NCBI GenBank assembly: GCA_030704615.1
Contig: CM060733.1
Location: 64,108,001 to 64,172,000, forward strand
Source of the DNA: Takakia lepidozioides
Taxonomy: Eukaryota; Plantae; Bryophyta
Length of the DNA stretch: 64,000 bases
Direction of reading: 5' to 3'
In this document: positions 11,659 through 24,883 of the stretch, piece after piece
Layout of the letters: each line of letters starts with the position of its first letter
Numbering within the stretch: position 1 is the first letter of the stretch
The notes under the pieces: model-generated
What the model was told of the DNA's origin: nothing
Seen by the model: only the letters and a program-made list of their open reading frames with translations
Database searches by the model: none
Made by a program: the position numbers and the translations under genes

Positions 11659-13740
11659 CTACCCATCTTGGAAATCATCATCACTATCCTCATCGTGTCC
11701 TAGACTGTCCTGCTCCCCTTCCACCCCCTCATCTTCTTTCTCATGTCCAGCGGACTGGTCGTTGGCTAGGCTTTCGAAAATCCCATCTTCCCCTTGCGGA
11801 ACTGACCATCTCACCTCCGTTGGGTCGTCGTCCTCCTTGTCTGCATCGCTCTCTTCCGTAGAATCACATACATACTTCCGCACGCGTCTAAGTTGCAGCC
11901 AACTCTCTCCGCTTCCTTCTGTCCTCCCTAGCCCTCTCCAAAATCAGCTCTACTTTACTAGGATTCTCACATCGTCTAATCGCTGTCTTTGCAAGCTTAG
12001 CTATATAACTAGGAAAGCTTACAATGATTCCACTCACTTGTATTCCGGGTTCTCCTCAGCATCAATGTCCACTGTCTCTTCCTCCGAATCCGAGGAATCC
12101 TTCGAGGAGTCAGTGTCTGCGATGGCAGCCTTTGGCGGTAGTCGTTGAAGCCTTTCCAGATGGGATCCCCACACGGATGTGTCCTCCTCGTAGGCAAAGA
12201 CGTGCCGATCGAAAAACCGGTCAGCCCACATTGAGGCACCTGAGATAATGACATGCACTCATTATGCACACGTGACCCTTCAGAAATGGAGAATCTGAAC
12301 ATATTGAAAATTCGCAAAACATAGTAGTACCAAAATCTGCATACATGTTCCACAGATGAGGTCCAGCACTCTGCCCTCCAGCTCAGTACATGCCTCCATA
12401 ATGGTCTGGATGAAGGCAGGGCTCCGAGTCCGTGAATACCGCAGATGATCTATTGAAGTGAGGCTATGAGGGAGGAGTTCCGTGGGAACGTTGTTGAACA
12501 GGACGTCGTAATCGATGGGGTCGCAGTTCGGGTCAACCAATAATCCATCCTTCCGGAAAACAAAGGTCGAGTTCTCCTTCACAAAGCAGTATGCATCGAA
12601 CTGCTTCGTCTGCAAACACAGTGGAGAACGATCAGAATTCGAATTCGGCACTGCATTTCAAATCAGCTTAAAAAATGCAAGCAGGGTTGCCAATTTGGTA
12701 ATTACCAGGTTTTGAACAATGTATTCGCAGAGTGCAACCGAAAACATAAAGTGCGAATGCGGTGCCGCATTTCCCAGGCACACCTCATATCCCAGGTTTT
12801 GCATACAACGAGAGCTGTGCTTTACCTGTACACAATTTGCATTGATGCTTTTCCCACCCCCTCCTGATGTGTGAACTCCACGCTCCTTCTTGCTGTCTGC
12901 AGCTCCCTGGCGAAGAGAGAGTCCTTGTACGCACATCTGAAACGTGTCACGTACTCTTCCAATGTTTGTGTTCCATCCCATTTTACGTACAAGTCGAACG
13001 AATTTGTATGGAGTATGACTTGCTCCTTCGCATTCGTCATTACCTGCGTTTACAACATGCATTGTCACAGAGGCGTTCATGGAATTCATGCCAGCAAAGG
13101 AAATGGGGGGAAATACCTTGAATTACCTGGAACCACCAAGTCATGCGGTTGAGCCAGCCATCCACGACAGGGTCGGAAACTTCGAGTGGAAAAGACCACA
13201 TGGTCCTTATACTCTCCGATGCATTCCAGATCGACAGCCACCTTGTCTGTCATTTCCGATCCAATGTTAGGAGCAGGAAGTACAGTCGCTATTGCTAAAA
13301 AGGAAATTCAGTGCAGTGCAACCTCACCTTCTCTTTCGCCTCCACACATGTCATTGAAAGGTGATGCAGTTTCTCCAACTGCATGGTCGGCTGCATGGCC
13401 CGCGAATAATGTTTTGCAATCTCTGGGATGAAGTCCTTTCTGAGAGCCGGATCTGCAATGGCCACCAGCTTCACAAGCTTTGACTTGTACTTGGTTCTGG
13501 ACTTCACCCAAGCTTCCTTCAAGTGGTCCGTCAATGCCTGCAATGTTTTGGACTGCCCCTCACTTTCCATGACGAAGCGTTTGGACGCTTTCATTTTCTT
13601 GTAGATCTCAGGTTGTACACACCACGAGGTGGGGTTTTTCCCCAACAAGGTTTTGTCCTTCGCTCAAATTGCAGAGCAAGGTTTTCCTTGTTGAGGTTTT
13701 TTCATTCCATCTCGGTGCAACCTTGAGCAGATGTGCTCAC
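11659..13740 (-). pseudogene. Multi-exon decayed gene whose C-terminal exons resemble the SAM-binding end of beta-class N4C/N6A DNA methyltransferases, followed by an acidic tail
   Basis: A GT..AG intron at 12344-12240 joins exon 12609-12345 to the exon starting at 12239, giving RSPAFIQTIMEACTELEGRVLDLICGT(C)ASMWADRFFDRHVFAYEED. Upstream GT-AG-bounded exons lie at ~13247-13127 and ~13043-12826. The 5' limit is uncertain. Confidence 0.6.
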
Positions 13741-14488
13741 CTTTGAGCTTCATGTTTGATAGTTAGCTTGCTCCTCTGTGTGCCAGGAGGCTTTACATAT
13801 GTGATGGCCAGATTTTCTCTGCCTACTTTTTCGACATCTGGATGAACGGATAATGAGAAAGGTAGATGAATGGCCGTTGGGAAAAGTGTGGATGAAACCA
13901 ACTGGCAGATCTATTTATAAACAGGAGTGTCTTATGCTAACAGCTAGCTTATCTCTAAGTTAGATGAAGTGGCACCTGCCTGGAATCTGGCAGCCAATCA
14001 GGGCTTGCCATTCTGTTGGATAAGATCATTGGCCTTCGTTTATAAAAAGGATCAGCACGAAGCTTAGGGCAGCTGGTGTACTTTGCAAGTGTAATCCCTG
14101 TGTACAGTGAAACGGATGTGCATGTGCTTTTGGATGAGCCGGGATCTGTGTTTGAGCATCTACAACCTCTACGAGTGATCCCCTTCCTCGCATGCTTGTT
14201 CTGCCGAGCTGACATCCCTCACTTAGCATGAACCTGAAAGGCTCTCCAAGATCGGATTCCGCTTCAGGATTCCTTACGTTGGAGCACTAAAGATTCTGAT
14301 TGGGATGACTATAGTGGATGATGACGAAATTGTCATTCATCCATGGGACGTTGTTCGGTTTCCAAGAAGAAGCAGCGCTGTCCGTTACCGGACGGACAGC
14401 GCCGTCGGTGGCCGCAGGGCGCGAGAGGCGGGATGGGGGCGCCAGCGAGAGGGCCAAGCACTGCCGTCGTGGCGAGTGTTGGTAGCGG

Positions 14489-14639
14489 CACGTGTCACAT
14501 GCAGCGGCGTGATAGCGGGCCCGTCGTCCATGCAGCGAGTGATCGGTGTGAGGGAGAAGGTGGGGCGTTGATTGCAGGCCTGTTCATGGCGTGACTCGCC
14601 ATCAGAAAGCTGCACTTGTCTCCACTTTCTAACTATAAA
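14489..14639 (+). promoter_or_regulatory. Possible core promoter of the glucosidase gene: G-box/ABRE-like CACGTGTC and TATAAA
   Basis: CACGTGTC at 14489-14496 and TATAAA at 14634-14639, upstream of the CDS. Short motifs only. Confidence 0.25.
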
Positions 14640-15140
14640 CAAGGATCCGAGCCTGGAGGGTCCCTGAACAAGCTGAGTGCTCAAAGCCTGCCGGTAGTTT
14701 CTTGCATGCACAACTTCAATGCATTATCCTGCAGTATGTGTGAAAGCTGTATGAACTACAAATTTTAGGCAGGATGATAAATAGATGAGCCGGCCTCTTC
14801 TTGGATCGAACTGTGTACATACTGATCGCTCGAGTCACACTTGTAATAGCTAAGTTTGAATTTCCGTAAGATTGCTTACTGTTATCCTCGACTTAAAAGT
14901 GATCATGCATTTCAAACAAATGGCTGTAGGAAAATTTATCACGATAATGGCAATAGAATGTCTAAAAGCTGGTTTCTGATGATTTCGATTTTAAGCGTGA
15001 CATTCGTTTCTGGATGTAATTTCGATTCTGAAAATCTTTGAGCTGTGATCAGTATCAAGATCTTTCTCTTCAACTCTGTTCTGGCGCAGTGCTCAACCTT
15101 TTTGGACCGCAGCCTGGTCTTGAAGGGTCCGGTTACGAGT

Positions 15141-18100
15141 ATGTTGCTGCAGCTAGTAGCGATAGTGACAGTAGTATGGGGCGCTTTGCATTTGCAGACT
15201 GGAGTTCTGGGCTTTGTACGCCATGGCTACCGGTTGGCGGCCATGAATGAGCTGTCTGATGGGAATGGGATAGTCGCGCATCTCGAGCTCATCCAGGAAT
15301 CACAACTCTACGGCCCTGATATCAGACAGCTGAATCTCACTGCCAGGTGCAGTTTCGCAGTCTCTTTTTCGTAGTATAAGCTGGTTGTATAAATCGTCCT
15401 TGGAAGTCGTTATAAGCCACTTAAGTGTGTTCTCGTAGACATGTTGTAGGTCTGAACCATGCCTGCAGGGAATACATCTGGAATTGTTGAATATGATTGG
15501 TCAACTGATGGCAGGAATCTGGCAACTCTGTCTTTTCTTCAAATGGTGAATGACCAGTATGAATCTTGTGGGGGAGCGATGTAAATATTGTTCTAGATAC
15601 AAGGGAAGAGATCTCGGCTTCTGAGGTGTGACGCTCACTGCATGGAACAACAGTCTATAGTTATTTGAGGAAGTAATCAAGATTCTTGAAAACTTCTAAC
15701 CAGTTTTGTATCCCGAAATATTTGTAACGAGCTCCAGGACTATAGCGTTTAGAACTGCAATTCTGTGATGCAGTCAAGGGTACAGTTGATCATCTTAATT
15801 CTCATTTGCAGATACCAAAGCGGGGGACGCATTCAAGTTCACCTAACCGACGGATCTCGTTCGCGCTACGAGGTCCCGGAGCTCCTTGTTCCGCGCAAAG
15901 GAGTGAACGGTTTGGAAATTGCGACAGCTGCTCCGACAGATGCAGTTGGCCAACCTTGGAACGAAACTAATGGCGTCGTACGAAGAGAGGGAGCACTGAG
16001 TGCGACTCACCCTTTGGAGCTCTCTTACACTGTGGAACCGTTTGGCTTTGCGATTGTTCGGCGGTCTAACGGAGAGGTGCTCTTTAACTCCACACCATGT
16101 ATGCACACTACACCAGGTTTGTTCCTCAGAAAAGATGGATCAATTGAGCCCTCATTCGGTAGTATGGTGTACAAAGAGCAGTACCTGGAAATATCAACAC
16201 AGTTACCCCTCAAATCCTCCCTCTATGGCCTGGGAGAGATCACCAAACCCTCAGGCCTTCGCCTGAAGCCTGGGAATACTTACACGCTATTTGCAACCGA
16301 CATAGGAAGCTGGAATATCGAGATCGATCTTTACAGCAGTTTTCCGTTCTACATGGAGATGAGAGACAAAGGGAACGCCCACGGTGTGCTGCTTCTTAAC
16401 AGCAATGGAATGGATGTCACATACGAAGACGACTCCTTGAAGTACCAAGTGATAGGTGGCGTTTTCGACTTTTACTTTTTCGCCGGTCCTTCTCCTCTTG
16501 CTGTGGTTGATCAATTGACGGAGCTTGTGGGTCGGCCTGTTTCGATGCCATCTTGGGCATTCGGTGCGTAAGCTCATGCATTCTGCTCTTCAAGAAATGC
16601 ACCGCAATTACTGCTGGATTACTTCGGTGCGTAAGCTGGATTAAAGTTGTACTTTGTTCGAGAGGAGTCTAGTAGTACTACATGTATGGATTCATTAATG
16701 CCCAGGGGATATGAAGTCCCCCGAGTAATTAATTAGTCTCGCACCTTGTGAACTCAAACATCATAAGTACGTCAGTCCATGGAGAAGAGGGTCCCGGCCT
16801 CTACTCCATGCTTGATTCGTCTGCTCTCTGTTCTCGATTTCTATCTACTAATAAGCCACAGCTTACTCTGAATGTGTGGCATGGGAAATGCTCTGTTGTA
16901 TATTGAAGTCCAAGCCCTCATGTGAATTAGTGACGGGTGCAGGATTCCATCAGGCGAAGTACGGATATCAGGATGTGGCAGAGCTGGAGACAGTGGTGGC
17001 CAACTACAAGAAGGCCAGTCTTCCACTGGAATCGATATGGGCTGACATTGATTACATGGACAACTACAAGGACTTTACACTTCATCCAGTCAACTATCCG
17101 CGAGAGAAATTGCTTCCTTTTGTGGAACGTCTACATGCAGATGACCAGAAGTTTATGATCATTGTGGACCCCGGTCAGAGGCTTCTCCATTCTTAAGTCC
17201 TGTCTTCAATCGGAGTCTGAAATCCATATTTCAGATCAACTCTGTTTTGCGTACAGTACTATTGACTTTTGTTTCTTCTGAGTCGACCTTCTTGCAGACA
17301 CCCTCTCAGGGACTCGTATCTAAGTTATTGAATGAACATTTGACTGATACGATAAGTACCTAAGGTAGAATGGTAGATATTCGTTCAATTTCTAGTTGGA
17401 TCAATGTCCTTCAAGAATGTTGCTTTAAAGATCATAATGGATTTGTGGACTCAACAGATGTATACTTGCAATCTGTATTGTCGTCATTGCCTCACAGGTC
17501 GTCCTTCATTGTTGCTTGTTTCCTTGAGCATTTAGTATTGACCGGATCTGTGCTCTTGACTGCTGCTTGGGGGTCGGGTGGAGTAACAGGGATCAAAATT
17601 GATGAAGGTTATAGCACATATCATCGAGGAGCTGAGATGGATATCTACATGAGGAATGGAACAGATCCGAGTCGCCGGCCGTACATTGCACAGGTGTGGC
17701 CGCGCGCTTGCAACATGCCTGACTACCTCCATCCAAATGCTCAATCCTGGTGGTCCCACGAAGTGACCGAGTTCCACAAGGTCGTTCCATTTGATGGTCT
17801 CTGGCTCGACATGAATGAACCTGCCAACTTCTGCACCGGACCCAACTGCTACCGGTCACCCGATGTAAACTGCCCAATAAACATGTGCTGCATGATATGC
17901 AATAATACCAATCTCTCACAGTGGGATGATCCTCCCTATCGTATCAACGTACGGGGAGATCACAGCCCTCTGTACTATAAGACTGTGGCCATGACTGCTG
18001 AGCATTATGGTGGAGTGCGGTCGTACGATGCACACAACATCTATGGCATGTCCCAGTCCCTTGCCACTTATCGCGCACTCTTGGAGGTAATCTGGACTAG

Positions 18101-19509
18101 TTTCCACTCCAGATTGTGTTCTGTACATATCCTGGAATGTTGATGTTTGTAGCTTGATTCAAATGCTGCTAGCCTAGGCCTCTAATAACTCTTGAAACGA
18201 GAGACTGTGACGGTGATGGGACTAAGGTGGAGATTGAAATCGACCAAACTGCTCTCGGAAGTCAGGCCAGCTGACCATGTTTAGTGGTGGTTGATTTTGG
18301 ATTGGTATTGAACAGACGACGAACAGGCGGCCATTCGTGCTGTCGCGCTCGTCTTTTATTGGATCTGGATCTCATTCAGCACATTGGACAGGAGACAATG
18401 CTGCATTCTGGGGGGATTTGAAATACTCCATCACGATGATATTGGAATCGGGAATTTTCGGCATCCCAATGGTGGGTGCTGACATCTGTGGCTTCTATTT
18501 TGATACCAATGAAGAGCTTTGCCGTCGATGGACACAGGTGGGCGCGTTTTATCCTTTTTCCAGAGATCATTCCGACGCTGGTGTCATATCCCAGGAGCTG
18601 TATGTCTGGGAATCCGTCAAGGAGACTGCAAAGCAGGTATTCTGGTGGAGATATCGCCTTTTTCCATTTTTCTACACGCTTATGTACGAGGCTCATAGGA
18701 CAGGCGCACCCATTGCCAGGCCTCTCTTCTTTGAGTTTCCTGAGGACAAGAGAACATGGCCCATCGGTGAACAGTTTCTTCTCGGCAAAGCAATACTGGT
18801 CTCGCCGGTGTTGGAACCAGAAGAGGATTCTGTGAGGGCCTACTTTCCAAAAGGCATTTGGTATAATCTGTTCGATCATGGTTCGAAATTGGTAAGGGCA
18901 GTTAGCAGAGGATGCTATCAAGAGCTGCCAGCGCCTCCAGACACTATCAATGTACATTTGCGCCAGGGGTCCATTGTCCCCATGCAAGACTTCGCCATGA
19001 CCATTAGTGAAGTCCGCAAGACCCCCTTTACTCTTATAATCGTTTTTGCACCAGCGTCAGACTTAGCCGACTACTGCACCTCAGGAACCATTGCTTGCAA
19101 AAGCAAAAACGTAGAGTACGCATCAGGACAGTTGTTTGTGGACAATGATGAGGAAATACAAATGGAAATCAAGGCTGGCAAATCCACGTTTGTCAAATAC
19201 GAGGCTTTCAGAACAGAGGGCAAGTACGCCTTGAGAGCATCTGTCACTGAAGGAGATTATGCCTTACAGCAAGGTCTGATGCTAAAGACTGTGTCTGTGC
19301 TGGGCGTAGAAAGCCAGCCGGACCGTGTGCTAGTTGATGGAGTCCCTCTTGCATCTGTGAAGTTGAAGTTGAATGTCACGTCATCCACTCTAGATTTCTC
19401 ACAACTCAACTTACCAGTGGGCAAGAATTTTCTGCTAGAGTGGGAGACTCCCAAAGTCAGGAGATTGTCTTGGAGAGATCGCTGGTATGCTCTTGTAAGT
19501 GAATCGTAA
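15141..19509 (+). CDS. Glycoside hydrolase family 31 alpha-glucosidase/alpha-xylosidase-like, probably secreted, 959 aa; exons 15141-15346, 15812-16563, 16943-17173, 17590-18086, 18316-19509
   Basis: All four introns are GT-AG and phase-compatible (2880 nt total). Signal-peptide-like start MLLQLVAIVTVVWGAL. GH31 motifs LYGLGE, HGVLLLNSNGMD, W.DIDYMD, FDGLWLDMNEP (nucleophile), HWTGDN (acid/base), PMVGADICGF and GAFYPFSR.H are present. Confidence 0.95.
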
Positions 19510-20042
19510 TCTGTAATCACAGATACACAATTGCTGCACAGTGACAAGATGCTATTACGAAAATCTCAAGACATTGTCACTCGCATACTTTGGCATCATA
19601 GTTTAAAAATCTCTTGACATACTTGACATCGAGCTCACTTCACTCAGTTTTTTGTATGCTGGCAAGGATTCCAGAGCTATTTTGTTCTGGTTATAAATCT
19701 ACGAACAGCAACACTTCTACTATAGCAGTCCAATGATCATCACCATGCTTCCATACATTATTACAATGCTTCACCTTATCTTTTGATACAAGCGCACTAC
19801 ATTTCGACGTCTTCATCACAGAATGAGTAAAGCCTCTTCGTGAAACTCGGCAGCACCCATTAGGGTTTTTTGTTGTTTTCTCTGAGCTGTTTCTTCAACG
19901 GCCTTGTGCACATTCTCATTCTATTCCCTACCAATAAAAGCTGCACAATCCATTGGAGTTGTTTCATTCTTTCACCATCGTCGTCAACTTCCATGGCGGG
20001 TCACATTACCTTCAGGAAGGTATATGCTACAGGACCAGCTCG

Positions 20043-20974
20043 TGTGGAGTAGTCAACCTCAACATTCATCTAAATATATGAAAGGACATTTCAAGAGTCA
20101 CAACTATAGGGAGTGAAAGGTCACAACTATAGGGAAGAGGTGTGACTACTAAAATAGAATCGGTTGTGGTGTCAAGAGAGACAACTTTCTAGCATGTATA
20201 AAAAGACACAAAATGTAATAATACAATCTCTCTTATTATACTCTATATTGTCTTCTATTGACTGTAGAAATGTAGATCTCTCGTTTTTGTACATGGTATC
20301 AGAGTCTTGGTAGTTAGAAAGAGAAAGAGAAAGAGATGTCTACATCAACCTTCAGTGCAAATATAGAAAAGTTTGATCGGTCTAACTTTCATCTCTGGAA
20401 GCATAATATATCTCTGTTGCTCAAAAAGGAAAAGGTTTGGAGAATTGTTGACTGTAGTGAAAGATGTCCAGTAACTCCAATTGCCTCATCATCCTCAGTA
20501 AAAAGATTGGGATCAAAAACATAAAGATAAAGGTAAAGTTTCTTTAACGTCCAGTGAATTTACTGAGCCTACTGCTCAACACACAGGCCATCGAGGGCCC
20601 AATGGACGGCCTGAAACATACATATGCATTAAATATGCTAACTACATGTTTAAAAAATTCACAAGTATTACACAGAAGCAATTGTAATACTGCCACAGAA
20701 GCGTGGACAGAGTTGACTCGACTATATGAGTAAAAAGATGCCATAACTAAGATGTATCTTAAAGATAGGCTAGCAACATTGAAAATGAGTGAAGATGGTA
20801 ATATATCTGATCATATTATCAGTCTTAAGACTTTACTTTAAACAACTTGCAGGTGCTGGATCAACAGTTACTGATGAGGACAATACATTGGCACTAATGC
20901 GCAGTCTACCCAAAAGCTATCAAGGACTTGTTGTTTCTTTGCGTTGTATGCCTAATATAACACTACAAATATTA
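20043..20974 (+). mobile_element. Gag-only Copia-type element, 5' half (LTR 20043-20293, PBS TGGTATCAGAG, N-terminal gag)
   Basis: TG..CA LTR, tRNA-iMet PBS at 20294, and Copia gag motifs IEKFDRSNFHLWK and LMRSLPKSYQGLV. Confidence 0.88.
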
Positions 20975-23900
20975 TGTTGGATCTTAGGCAAAGACATTAG
21001 AATCAAGAAGAAACACGCTGTAGCTCATAGTGTACTTTCTGTATTATCAGAGGCAGCTAACCATGCCAACAACAAGAGAAGCGTACTCCAATAGTACTCA
21101 TAGTAGTACAGACTAATCACAAAATGTTTTTGGATGAATGTATTGTTCATTTAGAAACCAACACTCCCACTCATTCACCAAAAACTACCAACTCAAAACA
21201 AAAAAGATAGAAGCAAGATCAGCTCCCACTGCTCCAGCATTCTTGGGCATCAAGTGAGCTCCCACTGCTCCAGCAGAAACTAACACTCCCACTCATTCAC
21301 CAAAAGCTATCAACTCAAAACAAGAAAGATAGAAGCAAGATCAGCTCCCACTGCTCCAGCATTCTTGGGCATCGAGTGAGCTCCCCACTGCACCAGCATT
21401 CTTGGGCATCAAGTGAACTCCCCACTGCTCCAGCATTCTCAGGTATCAAGTGAGCTCCTACTGCTCCAGATAAGGAAGTGAGAATCTGAAGTAGGAAGGG
21501 GTATCACACCCATGAGCTCACAAAACTTGTAATGAGGATCTCTTGGCAAAGGTTTCGTGAGAATATCAGCGATCTGCTGTCTGGTGCTGATGTATGTAGG
21601 GTAAATCTCCTTGCTATTGTACTTCTCTCTCACAAAATGATATTGAATATCAACATGTTTCGTCTTTCGATGAAACTCAGGGTTCTTGATAAGTTTGATT
21701 GCAGATTGGTTGTCACAGTGAAGAGCAGTAGCACCCTCTTGTGGAACACCAACACTTCCGAGTAACCTCCGTAGCCATATGGCTTCTTTAGTAGCAAGAC
21801 AAGCTGAGATGTACTCGGACTCAGTAGTTGATGTAGATGTGCATTGTTGGCGCTGACTACTCCATGCAACAGCAACATTTCCAAAAAGGAAAACATATCC
21901 CAAACGTGACAGTCTCGCATCAATATCCCCTCCGTAGTCTGCGTCACAAAAACCAGTGAGCCGGTTGTCATCGTGAGTCCCATGATAACAAATACCATGT
22001 GTCTTTTTACTCTTCAAATAACGGAAGATCCTCTTGACTGCAGTCCAATGAGGAACTTGTGGTGCTTCTGAGAATTCTGCCACCATGCTTACAGCATACG
22101 CGATATCAGGACGAGTGAGGAGCATAGCAAACATAAGGCATCCAACAGCTTGTTTATACGGCACGTTGACAGAGACTTCACCATTTTCTCCCTCTGGAAA
22201 ATCATGTAAGTTAACATGAGGATCTGTCGGTGTGGAAACACCATTTGCGTCCTAGAATCCAAATCGTTGAAGAATCTTCTCAATGTACAACTCATGGTTG
22301 ACAAACAAAGCTCTGTGAGCTCTGTATCGATGGATGTGTAAGCCTACATAGTAATCTCCTCCTCCAGTGGTTATTTCAAACACTGTCTGAAGGTATTTGA
22401 TCATGTCGTCAAGCTTGTATTGATCAATACAGCATGAAAGTCCATCATCAACAAATGTCCCTGAGATAGTCGACTTTGTCCTTGGAGTAATAGACACAAG
22501 GATCTGCCTCACTGGACTTAAGGTTGTACTTTGTGAGAAAGCCATCAAACTTGGCGTTCCACTGCCTAGCAACCTGCTTAAGTCCATAAATTCTTTTCTG
22601 TAATCTGTAGACTAAGTGTTGGCTTCCATCTTGCTAGTATCCCTGTGGTTTCTCCATGAAAATTTCTTCAAGTAGATCTCCATTCAAAAAACCTGTTTTA
22701 ACATCAAACTGTATGACCTCCATGTCATGTGTGGCTGCCATAGCTAGTATTGTGCGGATAGAATCATGCTTCACGACAGGTGAGTATGTTTCATCATAGT
22801 CCACACCCTTTGTCTGTGAATATCCCTTAGCAACAACACGAGCCTTGAAGCGGTCTACAGAGCCATCTGACTTGTATTTTATCTTATAGACCCACTTGCA
22901 ACGGATTGCCTTCCTTCCAGGTGGTAGTCTCTAAGTCCAAGTACAATTCTTAATCAAGAACTGATATTCTTCGTCCATCGCCTTTTTCCATGACTCTGCA
23001 TCCTTTGATCTGAGAGCTTCATGAAAATATTTGGGCTCATCATCCTGGAACCTCGGCTCATCTTCCTCATAACTATCTTCTGCAATGCACGCATAGGAAG
23101 TCTCTCCACGCTTCCTTGACATGTCCCATTCCCCAAAACGATTCGGTGGATGACGTGCCCTAGGTTGTGATACAACCTTTAGAGTATTCTCATTCTGATT
23201 GTTTGGCACTTCAATCTGAACTTTGTACTTGAGGTACTAGTACATGCACTTCATCAATTGCAGGTACTTGAGGCACATGTGCATGGACATTTTCTCTGAT
23301 AGGGTTTGTAAGATCTACTTCAAGAATCTCGCTTACCCTTGTCAGATAGACTTCTGTTGTGCTTGAAATGGTTGATGAAATTTCATCAAACTCAACATCT
23401 GCACTGATTGAAATCTTTCTTGTGATCGGGTCCCACAGCCGATAAGCCTTGCTTTCGGAACAATATCCGACCATGATCATCTTCTGACCCTTTGGATCCA
23501 ACTTTCTTGCGCAGTGCCTTCGGGACATGCTTGAATGCATTACAACCAAAAACCCTGAGGTGAGCAACTGATGGCTTCTCCTTATATCACAGCTCATAAG
23601 GAGTGCTTCCTTCTATTTGCTTACACGTTGTTCTATTGAGAACATAAACAGCTGTGTTTGCCGCTTCCGCCCAAAGATCAAGAGGTAGGAGCTTAGCATG
23701 CAACATGCTTCTGACAACCTCTACAATGGTTCGATTATCACGCTCAACATATCCATTCTGCTATGGAGTGCCATGAAGCCAAACACCATCGATGTATCTC
23801 TTAATTTCAACATCTCCTGTTCGTGTGACCCACAGCCGGTTATCAACTGCGACAAGTATATGCCATTTACCTTCTTCCACAGCCTTGAAGGTTTTGAACC

Positions 23901-24051
23901 ATTCACGTCTATCAGTCATGTGTTCAGACACTCCTCCGTCTGCATACCATGTTTCATCACTTCCTGACATCAACAAGGCTTGTGAACTGATCATGAATGC
24001 TACTGTGCCTTGAATTTTGTCACCACTCTTAGAAGGATCTACCTCACACAA
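20975..24051 (-). mobile_element. Nested Ty1/copia, 3' part: protease, deleted integrase, RT, RNase H, PPT, 3' LTR (20975-21163)
   Basis: WYADGGVSEHM, LWAEAANTAVY, FVDDGL, PYKQAVGCLMF..TRPDIAY, FCDADYGG and KTKHVDIQYHF motifs. PPT TGAGTGGGAG abuts the LTR. Confidence 0.93.
21164..21470. repeat. Tandem duplications in the Copia 3' UTR (~122-bp duplication including the PPT; ~37-bp CTCCCACTGCTCCAGCATTCTTGGGCATCAAGTGAG units)
   Basis: Directly visible repeats. Confidence 0.85.
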
Positions 24052-24258
24052 CGTGGATTGTACGGCCTCGTTGCCGATTTGCATGCAGCCCGAGCACTTA
24101 TACTCGCACCACCTCCGCCACGTCGCGAGAGTCTGGAGGAAAGTCAACTTTCGCCGGAAAGTAGGCGAATGCTGGCCATCATAGCAGAGACCTCGTTTGG
24201 CCCCTCATTGACCACGAGAGCGCGGTCCCGGGCTCTCCAGTTTTCCATCGCAAATTAG
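24046..24258 (+). pseudogene. Displaced 3' end of the RING-H2 gene (other part at 30744-31990)
   Basis: TQRGLYGLVADLHAARALILAPPPP..* continues in frame from ..VVDEWMESWT of ORF 31085-30744 across the inversion junction. Confidence 0.65.
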
Positions 24259-24699
24259 GGCACAACATCAAATCCCTTGTCCCCTTCATCAACATCAACA
24301 TCAACAGAGTCCGACGATGACAATTAGGATTTGAATGACTAGCAACGTAGTATGTAGACTTGGTGGATTTTTGTTGTACATTGAATTTCAGGAACACACT
24401 GATAGCACGGCGCCAAATTTGTGTAGGCACCAATTTTGTTAATACACGTGTGCGGAATCTCTCCATTTCGATTGCATGAGCAACATTTTCTTCATATTTT
24501 CACTCGTGTTGATGGGAAAGAAGTGCTTCACCTTCCAAACAAATTTACATTGGTCTCATATTCGGTCATGACGTGTAAATGGGTATATGCAATCAACTCA
24601 GAAAGTTTCAGAAGAAGAAACATTCATGTGAATCAATAATAAACAGTTCTCTTCCAAACCACTTGGGGCCTAGTCTCGTGTTTGATAACCATTTGTATC

Positions 24700-24883
24700 G
24701 ACGACCAAGTTGTCTAGCCCAGTGGTAATAGGCACATACCACCTCGGAAGTGGTTGTGGGTTCAATCCACTGAGTGGTGTCACAAAGGTGTCCACCTTCC
24801 TACTTGAAGGCAGTAGCCCTTCGGGATCAAGAGACACCATAAGTTACGCTTCCTTGGGGAGGCGTCATATTTTTTATTTTTTT
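24700..24883 (+). mobile_element. tRNA-derived SINE (184 bp) with T-rich tail and 10-bp TSD CATTTGTATC
   Basis: A-box TAGCCCAGTGG (24715), B-box GGTTCAATCC (24759), tail TATTTTTTATTTTTTT, and TSD at 24690-24699 and 24884-24893. Confidence 0.85.

Noticed and set aside
11659-13740. Bacterial contamination or a restriction-modification system
   Set aside because: The MTase-like region is split by a spliceosomal-type intron, lies among plant retroelements, and has no endonuclease partner.
14375-14402. GC-rich 11-bp hairpin as a Helitron 3' end
   Set aside because: No CTRR terminus at the expected distance on either strand and no other Helitron evidence.
24704-24780. tRNA gene
   Set aside because: A/B boxes only, no complete cloverleaf. 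A body, T tail and TSD follow, so it is a SINE.
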